Source of the DNA: Octopus vulgaris
Lineage: Eukaryota
Direction: 5' to 3'
Assembly (NCBI GenBank): GCA_951406725.2
Contig: OX597815.1
Span: 95,356,001-95,420,000, forward strand
Length of the DNA: 64,000 nucleotides
The position numbers and the translations under genes are program-made. Of this stretch, positions 63,936 through 64,000 are shown one piece after another (the first letter of the stretch is position 1; every line of letters begins with the position of its first letter). The notes below the pieces were generated by a model that ran no database searches, had not been told where the DNA came from, and was given only the letters and a program-made list of their open reading frames with translations.

Positions 63936-64000
63936 AGGTGATTAAAATCAAAATAAGCAACAAGCATATCCTGAGGTAATGCAGTACGATCGTTTCATGC

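Overview
AT-rich, microsatellite-dense eukaryotic DNA. The SINE and LINE families look like cephalopod (Octopus-type) repeats; this is recognition, not a database result. No host protein-coding gene can be supported, and almost every short ORF in the track is translated microsatellite. The window is a nested transposon landscape. It holds (i) R4/Dong-like REL-endonuclease LINEs sitting in (TAA)n arrays, with two near-full-length copies and many 3' fragments, (ii) a GC-rich RTE/BovB-like LINE in one full-length and one truncated copy, (iii) a decayed mariner, (iv) a ~9.4-kb Helitron split by a TSD-flanked insertion, (v) CR1/L2-type fragments, SINEs and a 5S rRNA retrocopy, and (vi) Penelope-like (PLE) RT/GIY-YIG remnants. 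The most notable signal is non-coding: five type-I hammerhead ribozyme motifs with an intact core plus two degenerate ones. Two of them lie in a 479-bp head-to-tail tandem repeat with a fold-back end (48201-49219), which resembles a retrozyme or circular-RNA-producing, PLE-dependent element. Fold-back palindromes recur at several retroelement ends. Boundaries of degraded elements are approximate.
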